Assembly (NCBI GenBank): GCA_945833775.1
Contig: CAMAGI010000003.1
Coordinates: forward strand, 1,334-65,333
Origin: an uncultured Lachnospiraceae bacterium
GTDB taxonomy: Bacteria; Bacillota; Clostridia; Lachnospirales; Lachnospiraceae
DNA: 64,000 nt
Reading direction: 5' to 3'
In this document: positions 17,753 to 26,408 of the stretch, piece by piece
Layout: the number at the start of each line of letters is the position of its first letter
How positions within the stretch are numbered: the first letter of the stretch is position 1
Made by a program: the position numbers and the translations under genes
Notes under the pieces: generated by a model
The model's input: only the letters and a program-made list of their open reading frames with translations
The model's database searches: none
What the model was told of the DNA's origin: nothing

Positions 17753-18340
17753 ATGGAAAAAATGAATTTATTCGATAGAATGGGATTTCAGTATGGATTC
17801 CAGTACTTCTTTTTCAGTACATATGGCGGATATTTCCTTGAGGCACTTCCATTTGCATTGCTGGTCAGCGCAATTTTTGGTATTGTTCGATTTAGAAGAG
17901 ATGATGAGACACCTGTACGAAGAAAAGTTGCTGCCTGCTCTTTTGTCTGCTATATCACAGGGCTTGTTTGCTTGGTGCTGTTCTTGGACGTTATGCGGAT
18001 CTTTTGGTATAGGCTGTTCTACTCTATGGACTCCGGTATCGTTATTGATTGGTTTGGTGGCTCCATTGACCTCGTTCCTGATTTTTTTAACAATATCAGA
18101 GGGGAAAACATCGGCAACTTTTTGATGTATTTGCCATTTGGAATCCTTTATCCTTTATCAAGAAAGTCCCCCACTTGGAAGAATTCTGTTATCGCCGGAC
18201 TACTTGCTGTCATAGTGATCGAGGTCCTTCAACCCGTTTTTGGCAGGGCTTTTGACATGAACGACATAATTATTGATTCGGTTAGCATCATTTTATCTAC
18301 GAGCATTTTATTTTTGGTGAAGAAAATACGCACCAGATGA
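17753..18340 (+). CDS. VanZ-like family membrane protein
   Basis: GNFLMYLPFGILYP...IEVLQPVFGRAFDMNDII. Confidence 0.85.
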   Translation: MEKMNLFDRMGFQYGFQYFFFSTYGGYFLEALPFALLVSAIFGIVRFRRDDETPVRRKVAACSFVCYITGLVCLVLFLDVMRIFWYRLFYSMDSGIVIDWFGGSIDLVPDFFNNIRGENIGNFLMYLPFGILYPLSRKSPTWKNSVIAGLLAVIVIEVLQPVFGRAFDMNDIIIDSVSIILSTSILFLVKKIRTR

Positions 18341-18364
18341 TCAGGGTGGAGGTGCTTGATTGAC

Positions 18365-18859
18365 ATGAACATAAACGACCATATTCGGGACAATCCATTC
18401 GCAATCGTCCGGGGCTATGTCCCGCTTGCGGGAATTATTGATAATCTCAAAAATAAGTATCACGCAGTAGATATGCCAACAGATGACATACCCAATTTGT
18501 GGATGCACCGGTTTAATGCAGTCAATCTTCCCAGCAATGAGACGCGAAGACTTACCGAAAGTCAATTGCAGATAAAAGCAATCAAAATACCGATTACTCA
18601 GGAGACGAAGCATTACACCGAAAAAGACTATCGCCCCATCTATACCCGTGATGGTACGGAAGCAGATTATATGTATTTGGCGTATGAAGAACAGCTGAGA
18701 TATTTGTATTCAAACAGCAATATACTGTTTCTGGAAACTGTCTTGGCCCGTGGCATTCCGGAAGAAGCCATTGAAAACAAAACGGAAGACTATATTTGCT
18801 ACTTGGATTATTTGAAACATTACTTGGAATATGGTAAACGTGAAATAGATGAGAAATAA
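18365..18859 (+). CDS. Hypothetical protein
   Basis: ORF with RBS GGAGGTG; start codon uncertain (18356 or 18365). Confidence 0.6.
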   Translation: MNINDHIRDNPFAIVRGYVPLAGIIDNLKNKYHAVDMPTDDIPNLWMHRFNAVNLPSNETRRLTESQLQIKAIKIPITQETKHYTEKDYRPIYTRDGTEADYMYLAYEEQLRYLYSNSNILFLETVLARGIPEEAIENKTEDYICYLDYLKHYLEYGKREIDEK

Positions 18860-18949
18860 AATTATTTCACTTTTCTCCATTGCTTTTGGAACTATTCTAT
18901 CCAAGCCTGATTGAAAGGCAAATTTTTCTCCTGAGTGCATATACTGGCA

Positions 18950-18978
18950 TTGACACGGTGGCATAATTGAGATATAAT
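18950..18978 (+). promoter_or_regulatory. Consensus sigmaA promoter of the TA operon
   Basis: TTGACA-N17-TATAAT. Confidence 0.85.
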
Positions 18979-19005
18979 ATGACTACCATATTAGGAGGTG
19001 TTTTT

Positions 19006-19302
19006 ATGAGTCCGAGTATTTCTATCAGACCTTCCAAGGATATCCGTACAAACTACGCACAGATTTCTGCTTTGACCCGTCAAAACCCTGTTGCCATTAC
19101 TGTCAATGGCAAGGAAGATACTGTGCTTCTCAGTCATGAGGATTTTCAGGAGCAGATTCACTATATTTCCGAGTTGGAAGCCAAACTTGCTGTGTATTCC
19201 CATTTGGCTCAGGCACAGGATGACATCAAGCTGGGCAGAGTCCAGTCTGCTGACTCTGTATTCGAAGAAATCCTTGGTGAACTGGAGAATCTGGATGTAT
19301 GA
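19006..19302 (+). CDS. Phd/YefM family antitoxin
   Basis: IRPSKDIRTNYAQISAL...PVAITVNGKEDTVLLS; RBS AGGAGGTG; overlaps the toxin gene. Confidence 0.85.
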   Translation: MSPSISIRPSKDIRTNYAQISALTRQNPVAITVNGKEDTVLLSHEDFQEQIHYISELEAKLAVYSHLAQAQDDIKLGRVQSADSVFEEILGELENLDV

Positions 19303-19622
19303 GTTGCCAAATCGTATTCACCGACACCGCAAAAACAGATTTGCGTGAGATCACTATTTCTCTCGCGGAACTTACAAAAGACAGAGATCTGACCATCCGC
19401 TTTGTCCAAGGATTAAGAAAGGCTACAGAAATTCTCAAAGAATTTTCTGAAAGCGGATCAATTCCTCGCGACCGAGTTCTGAAAAGCAACGGATTCCGTT
19501 TTCTTACCTGCAAGGATTACCTCATTTTCTATCTGTATGAAAAAGAGAATAACACAGCTTATGTCATGTCCGTCTTTAACGGCAAGCGCGACTATATGCG
19601 TGTTATGAAAAAATTCCTGTAA
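19299..19622 (+). CDS. RelE/ParE family toxin
   Basis: IVFTDTAKTDLREI...GFRFL...YLIFY...VMSVFNGKRDY. Confidence 0.85.
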   Translation: MSCQIVFTDTAKTDLREITISLAELTKDRDLTIRFVQGLRKATEILKEFSESGSIPRDRVLKSNGFRFLTCKDYLIFYLYEKENNTAYVMSVFNGKRDYMRVMKKFL

Positions 19623-19638
19623 TTCCAATTTCATCTGT

Positions 19639-19669
19639 AAAGCGTCTATCGGAAACGGTAGACGCTTTT
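19639..19669 (+). terminator. Intrinsic terminator
   Basis: AAAGCGTCTATCG-GAAA-CGGTAGACGCTTTT. Confidence 0.8.
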
Positions 19670-19700
19670 CTTATGCCTATTATGAAGGGAGTAATGTACA

Positions 19701-19850
19701 ATGAGCGTTTTTTCCGGCTTATTCAAATCCCGCGATAAGCCCCAAAACCGCACCGTGGGCAGTGCCTACACCTTTTACATGGGCAGCTCCACATCCGGCA
19801 ACTGTAAACCTTCCTGGAGCAGCGTACGCAACACAGTAATATTTTGGTAA
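19701..19850 (+). pseudogene. N-terminal remnant of an HK97-type phage portal protein
   Basis: RBS AAGGGAG then MSVFSGLFKSRDKPQNRTVGSAYTFYMGSSTSG, recognised from memory as a clostridial prophage portal start. Resemblance is lost after about 19800. Confidence 0.65.
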
Positions 19851-19877
19851 TCTCTTTTTCGGGAAATATGGTAGAAT
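19836..19877 (+). promoter_or_regulatory. Putative response-regulator boxes and extended -10
   Basis: GTAAT twice at 11-bp period, then CTCTTTTTCG and TGgTAGAAT. Confidence 0.55.
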
Positions 19878-19899
19878 GAACACAGAGGAGTGATGAAAT

Positions 19900-20565
19900 A
19901 TGTCGGCAAACAGAATTCTGATTGTAGAGGATAATTCCGGGATCGCGAAAACGGTTGCTCTGAATCTGCGATATGCCGGTTATGAATACATGGTATTTGA
20001 CGATGGAAGGAAGGCTGCGGAGCATTTGGCGGAAGACCACAGCTTTGATTTGGCGCTTCTTGACATTATGCTCCCGGGAATGGACGGGTTTGAACTGTTT
20101 TCCTACATGGAGAAATACAATATTCCTGTCATTTACATGACCGCGAAAACGGACAGCGAATCGGAAGTCCGGGGGCTGCGGGATGGAGCAGAGGACTATA
20201 TTGTCAAGCCCTTCGAAGTTGTGACCTTATTGGTTCGCATTGAAAAAGTTCTGGCGCGCACCGGGCGGCTCAATCGGGTTTATCGGTTCCGGGATATTAC
20301 GCTGGATGCCGAAAACCGTACCGTCACCAAGGCTGGTGAGGATGTGGAATTGACACCGCTTGAATTTGATGTTCTGTGGGTTCTGATGAAAAACAAAAAC
20401 CGAACCGTTTCCCGGGACCGTATCTTAAATGAGATCTGGGGCGAGGATTATTTTGGCGATATTCGCACCGTGGATGTTCGGATTGCGAACCTTCGGAAAA
20501 AGCTGGACCTTTCGGAGGAAATCCGAACCATATCAAAAGCCGGTTATCGGCTGGAGGAACGATGA
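19900..20565 (+). CDS. OmpR-family response regulator
   Basis: ILIVED, LLDIMLPGMDG, DYIVKPF, winged-helix RTVDVRIANLRKKL. Confidence 0.95.
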   Translation: MSANRILIVEDNSGIAKTVALNLRYAGYEYMVFDDGRKAAEHLAEDHSFDLALLDIMLPGMDGFELFSYMEKYNIPVIYMTAKTDSESEVRGLRDGAEDYIVKPFEVVTLLVRIEKVLARTGRLNRVYRFRDITLDAENRTVTKAGEDVELTPLEFDVLWVLMKNKNRTVSRDRILNEIWGEDYFGDIRTVDVRIANLRKKLDLSEEIRTISKAGYRLEER

Positions 20566-21959
20566 AACTGATCACAAAACTGACCGCTATCTGTGCAGTC
20601 CTGCTGCTCCTTGCCGCGGCGGTGCTTTCCGGCATTATGCTCTGGCAGGTGAAGGAGCAGTCCTATGAGAGTCTCACACAGCGCTCTTCGGAAAAACTGG
20701 GTGAGTTAGTAAATTCCTTCCGGGAGACGCTCAGCTTTGATTTCGCTTCGATAGAATCCTCCAATTCCAGAAAAACGTTATACCGGTATCACTTTCGTAA
20801 TTGCGGCGTGGAGGGCAGTGTTTTAGCCGTAAACGGGGAGCTGCTTTCTTCGCCAACCCAAATTGACCCGAGAAATTACCTGGATGTCCCTTTGGAAGGC
20901 GGCATTCATACCACCCGATGCAGTGCAGACGGAAACGATTATCTTGTCCAGGGTCAAGCTTTTGAATGGAGGCAAACCGTATTTCAGATTTACCTCGTAT
21001 CTGACGCGTCTTACATTCATGCGCAGCTTTCCGACCTGCTGGCCCGTTTTGCTTTGATGGCACTGTGCGTTTGCGTAATTGGCCTGTTGTGTGTCCAATG
21101 GCTCATAAGACGAACACTGGCACCGCTGTCCCAAATGCAAAAGACAACGGAGCGTATTGCCGGCGGTAACTATGGGGAGCGGGTGCAGGTTTCCTCCAAA
21201 GATGAAGTAGGCCTTCTGGCTGAGAATTTCAACCGAATGGCCACGGCGGTAGAAAACCATGTACAATCTTTAACGGAACAAAATGCCCGCCAGCAGCTTT
21301 TTATCGGAAGCGTGACCCACGAGTTCAAAACCCCGCTCACTTCCTTACTGCTGGATGTGGACACGCTGCGAAACGTATACCTTCCGGAAGAGAAACAGCA
21401 GGAATTGCTGGAATCCATGGACGACCAGTTACATTGGCTGGAGCAGATGGTTCAGAAATTGCTGAAACTACTTTCCCTGGGGAAGTCCGCCCAGATAAAA
21501 CCTGCCCCTGTTTCAGAACTGCTGGAGCAGGTGCAGCAGATGACCAAGGGAACCATGAAAAAGTACGGAACGGTGTTGGAGACGGTCTGCAGGGCAGACA
21601 CATTGCCTATGGACAGAGATATCCTGTGTTCCGCACTGGTGAATCTGGTTGAGAACAGCGCAAAAGCCTCCGCTCCCGGACAAACGATCTTTCTTCGGGC
21701 GATTGGAAATACATTGGAGGTTGCAGATAACGGGCGTGGTATTCCGGAAAAAGACCTGGAACGTGTCACAGAACCATTCTATATGTGCGATCCTTCCAGA
21801 AGCAAAGTAAATGGTGGATTTGGCCTCGGGTTGGCACTGGTGAAGGAAATTGCTGCTGTTCACAGTGCGGTGCTAGAGATTCAAAGCACGCCCGGTGAGG
21901 GAACGACTGTCCGTCTTAGATTTCCGGAATACGGTAATCAAACGGTAATATCCCAGTAA
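20562..21959 (+). CDS. HAMP-domain sensor histidine kinase
   Basis: THEFKTPLT, NLVENSAK, DNGRGI, GFGLGLA; two TM helices. Confidence 0.95.
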   Translation: MKLITKLTAICAVLLLLAAAVLSGIMLWQVKEQSYESLTQRSSEKLGELVNSFRETLSFDFASIESSNSRKTLYRYHFRNCGVEGSVLAVNGELLSSPTQIDPRNYLDVPLEGGIHTTRCSADGNDYLVQGQAFEWRQTVFQIYLVSDASYIHAQLSDLLARFALMALCVCVIGLLCVQWLIRRTLAPLSQMQKTTERIAGGNYGERVQVSSKDEVGLLAENFNRMATAVENHVQSLTEQNARQQLFIGSVTHEFKTPLTSLLLDVDTLRNVYLPEEKQQELLESMDDQLHWLEQMVQKLLKLLSLGKSAQIKPAPVSELLEQVQQMTKGTMKKYGTVLETVCRADTLPMDRDILCSALVNLVENSAKASAPGQTIFLRAIGNTLEVADNGRGIPEKDLERVTEPFYMCDPSRSKVNGGFGLGLALVKEIAAVHSAVLEIQSTPGEGTTVRLRFPEYGNQTVISQ

Positions 21960-21987
21960 ACTCTTTTTCGCCGGGGCGTGATATGCT
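21931..21987 (+). promoter_or_regulatory. Putative response-regulator boxes for the downstream lipoprotein
   Basis: GTAAT/GTAAT/GTAAA at 11-bp period, then CTCTTTTTCG and TGaTATGCT. Confidence 0.6.
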
Positions 21988-22034
21988 AATACCATCAAAT
22001 CTCCCGTAAGGGGAGAAAGAAAGGATGTGCAAAC

Positions 22035-23384
22035 ATGAAGCATAAGAGAGTTCAAATTCTGTCCGGTCTGCTTGCCCTGACCATGCTCAGCGGATGCGCC
22101 AAGGCACAGGCAAACACAGAATCCACCAGCGTCAATCAGGCAATGCTCATTGAACAGTCGTCCCAGGAGCAGGAAAGCTATACTTTTCCGGAACGTTTTA
22201 CCGGGGACTGGACCAGCCAGGAAGGGAAGCTGACCATTCACGCGGATGCACAGGTGGTGGCTGAACAGGGTGTAGTGCTTCCCACTGCAACCGTAGAACC
22301 CAGAGAATTTACCCAGGAAGATGTAGATAACCTTCTGCGGGTATTTCTGAAAGGTGAACCGCTCTATGGGGCAGTGCCAACTAAGCAGGAGCTTCAGGCA
22401 TCTCTGGACCGTATCAATTCCCCCGAATGGCAGCCAGACGGCCCCCCAGTAGCGACACAGGAGGAATTGGAGGCTCGGCGAAAGGAACTGAATGCCTGGT
22501 ATACGGAAGAAATAGCCAAAGCCCCGGAGGAAAAGCCTGTCATTCACGGCTTTGCTGATTCCAACAAGCCCAACAGAGTCAGTGGCAATGCCACTGTGGA
22601 TGGAATAGAATACGATGTTTCTATTAGTAACGGTAATAACGGAGATTGGAGAGAAGCCCGTATTACCAGAACCCGCTACAAATATTCCGATGGATCCATT
22701 GACTGGAGCGGGATCACCAAGGAAGATGTTATTGCTCAGGCAGACGCGTTGATCCAGGAGTTGGGCTTTGACAATATGGTTCTGGACGATGTGCAAGAAT
22801 GGGAAAATGGTACCTGGAGGCTTTACTACACGCCTATTGTAAATGGCATCCGCCTTTCCAGCATTCGTGAAGACATCGTCGAACCTACTAACAACTATTA
22901 TCAGTATTGGGATTATGGTGCCAGTGACTCAGAGAATCCCGATACCGTGTCCTGGTGGAAGGAAAACATCCAGATTATTATGGGGAAGAACGGGTTGCTG
23001 TCTTTTGCATGGACTGCGCCCACCACAACACCCATTGTGAAACAGGAGCAGTCAGCCCTGCTGCCCTTTGAAGAAATTGCATCCATTGCAAACACCATGC
23101 TGCCTGTTGTGGTTGTCGGTCCTAAGGAAAGAAGTCTGACAGAACTTGATAAAATCAATGGGTTTGATACAAAAATGGACGTTGAAATCACAAAGGTTTC
23201 CCTGACGCTGATGCGTATCCGTGACAAAGGCTCTTTGCAGGGAACCATCGTTCCTGTGTGGGACTTCTGGGGTACCTGGACCTGGTATGATGCGGATAAA
23301 CAGCCGGAAAGCTACACCACCCAGCCCATGCTTACCCTGAACGCCATTGACGGAAGTGTCGTAGATCGGCAGCTCGGCTACTGA
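22035..23384 (+). CDS. Lipoprotein (DUF6034-like)
   Basis: Lipobox MLSGC; C-terminus VPVWDFWG...LNAIDGSVVDRQLGY. Confidence 0.7.
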   Translation: MKHKRVQILSGLLALTMLSGCAKAQANTESTSVNQAMLIEQSSQEQESYTFPERFTGDWTSQEGKLTIHADAQVVAEQGVVLPTATVEPREFTQEDVDNLLRVFLKGEPLYGAVPTKQELQASLDRINSPEWQPDGPPVATQEELEARRKELNAWYTEEIAKAPEEKPVIHGFADSNKPNRVSGNATVDGIEYDVSISNGNNGDWREARITRTRYKYSDGSIDWSGITKEDVIAQADALIQELGFDNMVLDDVQEWENGTWRLYYTPIVNGIRLSSIREDIVEPTNNYYQYWDYGASDSENPDTVSWWKENIQIIMGKNGLLSFAWTAPTTTPIVKQEQSALLPFEEIASIANTMLPVVVVGPKERSLTELDKINGFDTKMDVEITKVSLTLMRIRDKGSLQGTIVPVWDFWGTWTWYDADKQPESYTTQPMLTLNAIDGSVVDRQLGY

Positions 23385-23503
23385 ACGTTTCCTTTGGGTG
23401 GCCATCCCATCGCGAGGCAGGGGAAGGTCCCCACTTAACTGAAAACAGTTTGCATCATTGGTTTCATCCCGGTAAAGATGTGATAAAGAAGGTGGCGCAG
23501 CCG

Positions 23504-23532
23504 TTGAAGGGAATGCCGTTTTCCCGTATAAT
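23504..23532 (+). promoter_or_regulatory. sigmaA promoter
   Basis: TTGAAG-N17-TATAAT upstream of the transporter. Confidence 0.65.
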
Positions 23533-23601
23533 GCTTACAGAGTGAATGCCTGACCCCATTGGAACGGCGCTCGGATAACCACCTGAAAGGATGAACCGTA
23601 T

Positions 23602-24321
23602 TTGATACCTGCTTTGATTCTCTTCGCTGTCACCTATGTGCTGATGCTCGCTTTCAGCAAGTACCGTCCCTACATCGCATTAGGCTCCGCCCTTATCTTT
23701 ATTGTCAGCGGAATGCTGCCGCTCGATCAGATATTGCCCAGCATCGACTTCAATGTGCTGCTGATGATCGCGGGGACCATGGGTGTTGTCGCCCTGTTTA
23801 TTGAAAGCAAAATGCCGGCATTGCTTGCGGACCTTGTCATGGAACACGTTCCAAACGTGCAGTGGGCCGCGGTGGCCCTGGCTTTGTTTGCGGGAATCAT
23901 TTCCGCATTCGTGGACAATGTGGCCACGGTGCTGATGGTGGCTCCTGTAGCGCTTGAGATCTGCAAAAAGCTGAAAACCAATCCGGTACCCTTTATCATA
24001 GGAATCGCAGTGTCCTCGAACCTTCAGGGCGCGGCAACGCTGGTTGGGGACACCACGGCGATTATGCTGGGCAGCGCGCTGGATATGAGTTTTACGGACT
24101 TCTTCTGGTATCATGGGAAACCCAGTATGTTTTTCGCAGTGGAACTGGGGGCAGTCCTGTCCGCGCTGATCCTTGCTTTCCTGTTCCGCAGGGAGAAGGC
24201 CCCCATCCCCAAAACAGGGGAACGGACCAAAGTAACGAATTATGTTCCGACATTTCTGCTCCTGGGAACCATAATCCTGCTGATTCTGGCATCTTTTCTT
24301 CCCAATAAGCCCGGCATCACA
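23602..24321 (+). pseudogene. ArsB/NhaD/CitMHS-family ion transporter, 3'-truncated
   Basis: SAFVDNVATV and SSNLQGAATLVGD motifs. The TM pattern and codon style stop at NKPGIT and the ORF runs into unrelated sequence up to 24612. Confidence 0.75.
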
Positions 24322-24348
24322 ACCCATATCGATCAGCGCGTATTTCAT
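24322..24348 (-). pseudogene. First 9 codons of a probable Ppx/GppA phosphatase
   Basis: MKYALIDMG with an upstream AAAGG; abuts the transporter break point. Very short evidence. Confidence 0.4.
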
Positions 24349-24620
24349 TTGGAATCACGACCTTTCAGAATAGCTTCTAATTCCAATATTCTTCTTTTGG
24401 TGAATCTGAAGATTTTATATCCTGAGTCTTTGAGACAAAGGGCGATGACGGCCATCCAACGAACCCCAAAACACCCCCCAGGAGCTACAGCTCCTGGGGG
24501 CCTTGCCTGTTTACAGTGTACAGGATCGTTGGGGATATGTGCTGCACTTATGACCATAGTCACCTGCCTTTTTAGCACGGAACGTAATAACAGGTTTGGC
24601 TTCCATACATAATTCTTTTC

Positions 24621-24650
24621 TTGACATTTATAAAACGTATGTTCTATAAT
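24621..24650 (+). promoter_or_regulatory. sigmaA promoter with SOS (LexA/Cheo)-like box
   Basis: TTGACA-N18-TATAAT; AAAC-gtat-GTTC (24633-24644) versus consensus GAAC-N4-GTTC. Confidence 0.7.
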
Positions 24651-24687
24651 AAGCGTACAAAATGAGTATGGGAGCAGGTGAGACGTT

Positions 24688-25950
24688 TTGCAGCAAAGTC
24701 AGTATCTGGTAATCGATCAAAAATCGTTTTATGCCACCGTTGAATGCGTCGCCCGGGGACTGGATCCGATGGAAACCAATCTGGTGGTAGCGGATCCGGA
24801 GCGATCCGAGAATACGATCTGCCTTGCCATAACGCCCAGCATGAAGGCCCTTGGCGTAAAGAATCGGTGTCGGGTGAAAGATATCCCGCCGAACATCCAA
24901 TACATCACGGCTATGCCCAGAATGCAGCTTTATATTGAGTGTGCCGCAGCCATTCACCGGGTATTTCTGAAGTATATTGCGCCTCAGGACATTTACACCT
25001 ATTCCATAGACGAGTCATTTCTGGATGTAACGCCATATTTGAAGATGTACGGAGGCAACGTCCGGGATCTTGCGAAGATGATCATCGATGATATTCGAAG
25101 TTCAGTGGGAACCGTTTCCACCTGTGGCATCGGCACGAACATGTACCTTGCAAAAATAGCACTTGACATTAAGGCGAAACATGCGGTAGACTTTATCGGC
25201 ATGCTGGACGAGGAGAGTTACAGAGAGACACTCTGGGATCACAAGCCTTTGACTGATTTCTGGAGAATTGGCCCCGGGACAGCAAAGCGGCTCTATGACC
25301 GTGGAATTACCACCATGCGTGGAATCGCCACATGCCCACAAGAGATTCTCTATAAAATGTTTGGCGTGGATGCCGAGCTTCTGATCGATCACGCATGGGG
25401 CAGGGAACCTACGACTATTGCAGATGTGAAAGCATACAAGTCCAAATCCAAGAGCCTTTCAAGCGGTCAGGTCCTCATGCGGGATTACAAGTACAGCGAA
25501 GGGGAGTTGATTGCCAAGGAAATGGTGGATCAGCTTTGCCTGGATATGGTATCCAAAAAGCTTGCCACGGAATCGATCAGCCTGTATGTTGGTTATTCTC
25601 ATACACAGGGGACGTATAGGGCCAGTGGCACAGCTAAATTGTCACAAGCGACCAATGCGTCTGCAGTTATCGTTCCTGCCATTGCAGCACTGTACCGGAG
25701 AATCGTGGACCCGCGCTGCCTGATCCGGAGAATATGCCTTTCATGTAATGATGTGGTAGCGGATACCGGCGATATGCAGCTGTGTATGTTTGAGGATACG
25801 ACCAGACAGTTGAAGAACAAGGCCGTACAGGAAGCAATACTGGAAATCCGGGCCAAATACGGAAAGAATGCCATTCTAAAGGGAATGAACTACGATGAGG
25901 CATCTACCTGCCGTGAACGTAACAATCAGATTGGTGGTCACCGGGCATGA
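24688..25950 (+). CDS. Y-family DNA polymerase (UmuC/ImpB-like)
   Basis: IDQKSFYATVEC, YSIDESFLD, GIGTNMYLAKIALD, C-terminal QIGGHRA. Confidence 0.92.
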   Translation: MQQSQYLVIDQKSFYATVECVARGLDPMETNLVVADPERSENTICLAITPSMKALGVKNRCRVKDIPPNIQYITAMPRMQLYIECAAAIHRVFLKYIAPQDIYTYSIDESFLDVTPYLKMYGGNVRDLAKMIIDDIRSSVGTVSTCGIGTNMYLAKIALDIKAKHAVDFIGMLDEESYRETLWDHKPLTDFWRIGPGTAKRLYDRGITTMRGIATCPQEILYKMFGVDAELLIDHAWGREPTTIADVKAYKSKSKSLSSGQVLMRDYKYSEGELIAKEMVDQLCLDMVSKKLATESISLYVGYSHTQGTYRASGTAKLSQATNASAVIVPAIAALYRRIVDPRCLIRRICLSCNDVVADTGDMQLCMFEDTTRQLKNKAVQEAILEIRAKYGKNAILKGMNYDEASTCRERNNQIGGHRA

Positions 25951-26291
25951 GCAAACGTACCGTAAGGGCACCAATGCACAGATCGCAGCGAGCGAAGATC
26001 TTCATGAGCTTTGATGCGCTCAAAGGCCTTAAGGAAGCAATCGCTGAAACAGAGAAAATAACAGAACCCAGAAGGGAGCTATCTCAGGATATGATAGAAG
26101 AAATAAACCGGACCTTGGTATCCTTGCGGAAGGGACAAATAGCAACTGTGGTCTACTACGGATGCTACGATGAAGGATATCAGCAAATCACCGGCCCCAT
26201 TGCAAAAGTAGATGCCTATTGGAAGCTTCTGCAGATTGGAAATACTGCAATCGGGTTCGATGAAATTGCAGAAGTGTATACTGATCCCTAA
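25947..26291 (+). CDS. YolD-like protein
   Basis: RAKIFMSFDALKG motif; ATGA overlap with the polymerase gene. Confidence 0.8.
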   Translation: MSKRTVRAPMHRSQRAKIFMSFDALKGLKEAIAETEKITEPRRELSQDMIEEINRTLVSLRKGQIATVVYYGCYDEGYQQITGPIAKVDAYWKLLQIGNTAIGFDEIAEVYTDP

Positions 26292-26353
26292 GTTGCGAGA
26301 GATTGTCTATGGCATTGTATATACGAAATACATATTATCAACTTTCTGAAAAA

Positions 26354-26393
26354 ATAAGCTGGCTGGTTTTCAAACGAAAACCAGCCAGCTTAT
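26354..26393. terminator. Bidirectional terminator hairpin
   Basis: 18-bp perfect stem ATAAGCTGGCTGGTTTTC / GAAAACCAGCCAGCTTAT between convergent genes. Confidence 0.8.
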
Positions 26394-26408
26394 ATGGATT
26401 GTTCCATA

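Noticed and set aside
23490-23584. Possible riboswitch upstream of the ion transporter (AGGTGG/CCACCT, GCCGTT/AACGGC and GGGAA/TTCCC pairings, faintly fluoride-like)
   Set aside because: The region contains a good sigmaA promoter (TTGAAG-N17-TATAAT), so the 5' half is probably not transcribed, and the fluoride-riboswitch core GAUGAC is missing.
24322-24612. C-terminal extension of the transporter ORF
   Set aside because: Read-through past a break point into non-coding DNA that includes a hairpin near 24475-24500.
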